Made by a program: the position numbers and the translations under genes
Assembly: GCA_963806325.1 (NCBI GenBank)
Contig: CAWDXL010000002.1
Coordinates: 64,250-128,249, forward strand
DNA: 64,000 nt
From: Candidatus Parcubacteria bacterium
GTDB taxonomy: Bacteria; Patescibacteriota; Minisyncoccia; Phycocordibacterales; JAKAEA01
Direction of reading: 5' to 3'
Notes under the pieces: generated by a model
Databases searched by the model: none
What the model saw: the letters and a program-made list of their open reading frames with translations, nothing else
What the model was told of the DNA's origin: nothing
In this document: positions 61,852-64,000 of the stretch, one piece after another
Numbering within the stretch: position 1 is the first letter of the stretch
How the letters are laid out: each line of letters starts with the position of its first letter

Positions 61852-63403
61852 ATGCTGAAAACCTATATTTTAAGGCCTTTTACGCTTGTCACAGTCACGT
61901 GTGTTATTGCTATTGTTGTTGTGATATATGCATTTACCGCTTCCTCCCGCCCTCGGCTTAATCTACAAAATACGACGGTTGTTTCCCTTATGGGTCTCGA
62001 TCAGGTGGTATCGGTAAATGGTACGGTCACAGCAGCTCAAAATGTGGATCTCTCCTTTGAGCGTGGCGGCACAGTCACGTCTCTTGTGGGTGACGTAGGC
62101 ACCCCGGTAGGAAAAGGACAAGTAATCGCCCGAGTAGAAAGCTCGGGCCTTGATGCTGAGCTTGTGCAGGCTCAAGCAGCGCTCTCCGGCGAAAATATAA
62201 AACTTCAAAACCTCCAGTCATCTGCTACAAGTTCAAATGAAGCTGGTTCGAGCATTCAAACCACTATTACAAATAGCCGGCAAAGTCTGCTCGTACAGCT
62301 TTCAACCAGCTATTCCGCTGCCGACGGCGCGTTATCTACATATGTCGACAACCTTTTTAGCAATGCTCGTACCAATCCATCTTTTGGTGTAACAATTAAT
62401 CAAAATGGATCTGTCTATGATATAACAGCACCGGCAAGCACCCTCTTAAAAATTGATGCGGAACGGCAAAGCCTCACTATGCTTATGTCATCGTGGTCTT
62501 CATTGGCAGCTTCAGCCACTGCTTCCGGCAATGATCAGGATATTTCTGCTGCTATCACAGCAAGCCAATCGGCACTCCAGACGGCCACAGCACTCCTTAC
62601 GGATATTTCCGCAGTGTTTACAGACTATTCTCCAATTGACGCTGCAAGCCAAGCCCTGTATGCCGGTTATAAAACAAATATTTTATTGGCGGAGACGGCC
62701 ATCAATACCAATGTAAGTGCGCTCAAGTCTTCCGAAGAGGCGTATGCACAAGCGTCGGCTTCAGCAAGTCCGTACAGCATTAGTCTTGAACAAGTGGCCG
62801 TCACAACTGCACAATCACAAGTTGCGGGGATTGAAGCTCAGATTGAACAGGGAGTGCTTCGCTCTCCGATTGACGGGGTTATTACTGAAGAAAATATAAA
62901 ACTTGGGGAAGTGGCAGGTGCAAATACTCCTGCCGTTAGCGTTATGTCAGATGGCCTCTTGCAGATTGATGCATACGTTTTCAGAAGCCGACATTGAAAA
63001 AATCGCTGTTGGAGATAGTGCACGTACAACGCTTGACGCTTCTTCCGGCAGCATACCGCTTTCCGCTACCGTTATTTCAATTGATCCAGCTGAGACCATG
63101 ACGAATGGTGTTGGAGCATACAAAGTCACGCTTCAATTTAACCAGGCAAATCCAATTATAAAATCGGGTATGACGGCAACTGTCGATATTCTTACGGCAC
63201 ATAAGGATAATGTTCTCGCCGTACCGGCTAGTGCTTTAGTAACAAATAATAATCAAACCTCCGTGCTTGTATCTGCTGGATCATCTGGACAGCTTGCAAC
63301 AAGACAAGTTACTACCGGTATCTCCGGAAATAACGGCTATGTAGAGATAACTTCAGGTCTGAGCATCGGCGAAAAAGTTTTAACATTCGGTAATCAGCAG
63401 TAA
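61852..63403 (+). CDS. HlyD/MFP-type periplasmic adaptor; frameshift near 62975
   Basis: A TM, a lipoyl-like domain, a long coiled coil, VLRSPIDGVI, then in another frame SEADIEKIAVGDSA...YKVTLQF...VLAVPASAL. Confidence 0.75.
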
Positions 63404-63414
63404 TTATACCACGT

Positions 63415-64000
63415 ATGAATACAGAGCCAGAAAAAATAACACAGCCGGTGCCGGAGGATCCTATCGAAGAAAATTTTGAAGGAGCTCAGCATAAAAAATT
63501 AAACCGCCGCATGTGGATCATTGCCAGCATTGCTGCAATTATCATTCTCGCCGGAGCCTTCGGAACTCTCTATTTGAAAATTTCGTCGAGCAGAATTTAT
63601 ACCGATACTGCACAAATTACTGCCCCTTCGGTCATCCTTTCGTCTGCTACAGGGGGGATACTTGAAGACATGTATGTAAAAGAAGGGGATCTTGTGCCGG
63701 CGAATACGCCTGTTGCGCGTGTTGGAGATGAAATAGTCAAGACAAAAACAGAAAGTCTTGTGATTCTCGCGCCGAATAATATTGGAGCCGTTCTTTCTCC
63801 TGGCCAGACTGTTATAACCGTTATTGATCCGACACAGCTTCGTGTCGATGCTCAGGTTGAGGAGGATAAAGGCCTCAGCGATATTTCGGTCGGCGATTCT
63901 GTCACGTTTACGGTTGATGCATTCGGTTTAAAGCAATATCAGGGTATTGTCGATGAAGTCAGCCCTACGTCACACGAACAGGATGTTGTCTTTAATATTT
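63415..64000 (+). CDS. HlyD-family secretion/adaptor protein (3' end beyond the window)
   Basis: ATG 63415 is open to the window end. It has a TM (MWIIASIAAIIILAGAF) and GDLVPANTPVARV...LRVDAQVEE. Confidence 0.65.
   Translation, partial: MNTEPEKITQPVPEDPIEENFEGAQHKKLNRRMWIIASIAAIIILAGAFGTLYLKISSSRIYTDTAQITAPSVILSSATGGILEDMYVKEGDLVPANTPVARVGDEIVKTKTESLVILAPNNIGAVLSPGQTVITVIDPTQLRVDAQVEEDKGLSDISVGDSVTFTVDAFGLKQYQGIVDEVSPTSHEQDVVFNI

Noticed and set aside
1-64000. CRISPR arrays or rRNA genes.
   Set aside because: I saw no regularly spaced short direct repeats and no rRNA-like sequence on either strand. The only RNA genes found are two tRNAs and the two unclassified motifs.
1-64000. Stop-codon reassignment as an explanation for the in-frame TAA and TAG codons.
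   Set aside because: TAA, TAG and TGA all terminate well-conserved genes at the expected ends (for example frr TAA, hpf TAG, RT TGA). The interruptions also coexist with many frameshifts, so mutation or error is more likely.

Overview
The gene content and protein styles look like a small-genome, Patescibacteria/CPR-like bacterium. That taxon call is an inference only. The window has three parts. (1) Bases 1-2400 hold a diversity-generating retroelement (DGR): the VR-bearing 3' end of a target gene, a TR, an inverted Avd-like gene and a reverse transcriptase, next to tRNA-Asn. (2) Bases 2.6-25.3 kb are a conserved core: hpf, fmt, def, a decayed priA, a RAYT transposase, an HTH-MurA fusion, two mreB genes, mreCD, PBP2, holB, frr, rseP, proS, greA and the dcw genes mraZ-rsmH-ftsL-ftsI-murF. 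(3) From tRNA-Glu (25.33 kb) to about 52 kb lies a mosaic accessory island. It carries a Zn-ribbon/trypco2-like/OLD-nuclease trio with a large serine recombinase. It also carries a type I R-M system with an appended 4-TM protein. It has an 8-kb one-strand module (serine recombinase, serine-less resolvase, ParB-methylase, methylase, TerS, TerL) with no virion genes, plus small nuclease, DUF4145 and Zn-ribbon genes. After 52 kb come secreted or surface proteins, a GAF protein, a flippase, a G1 peptidase and HlyD-type adaptors. The most novel-looking signal is a roughly 150-nt structured RNA motif present twice (36.45 kb and 47.83 kb). Its helices covary and it has a tetraloop-receptor-like module. 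Each copy leads a surface-protein gene. About 30 single-nucleotide frameshifts or in-frame stops interrupt otherwise conserved genes. These may be assembly indels or real decay and need read-level checking. All coordinates and counts come from manual reading.
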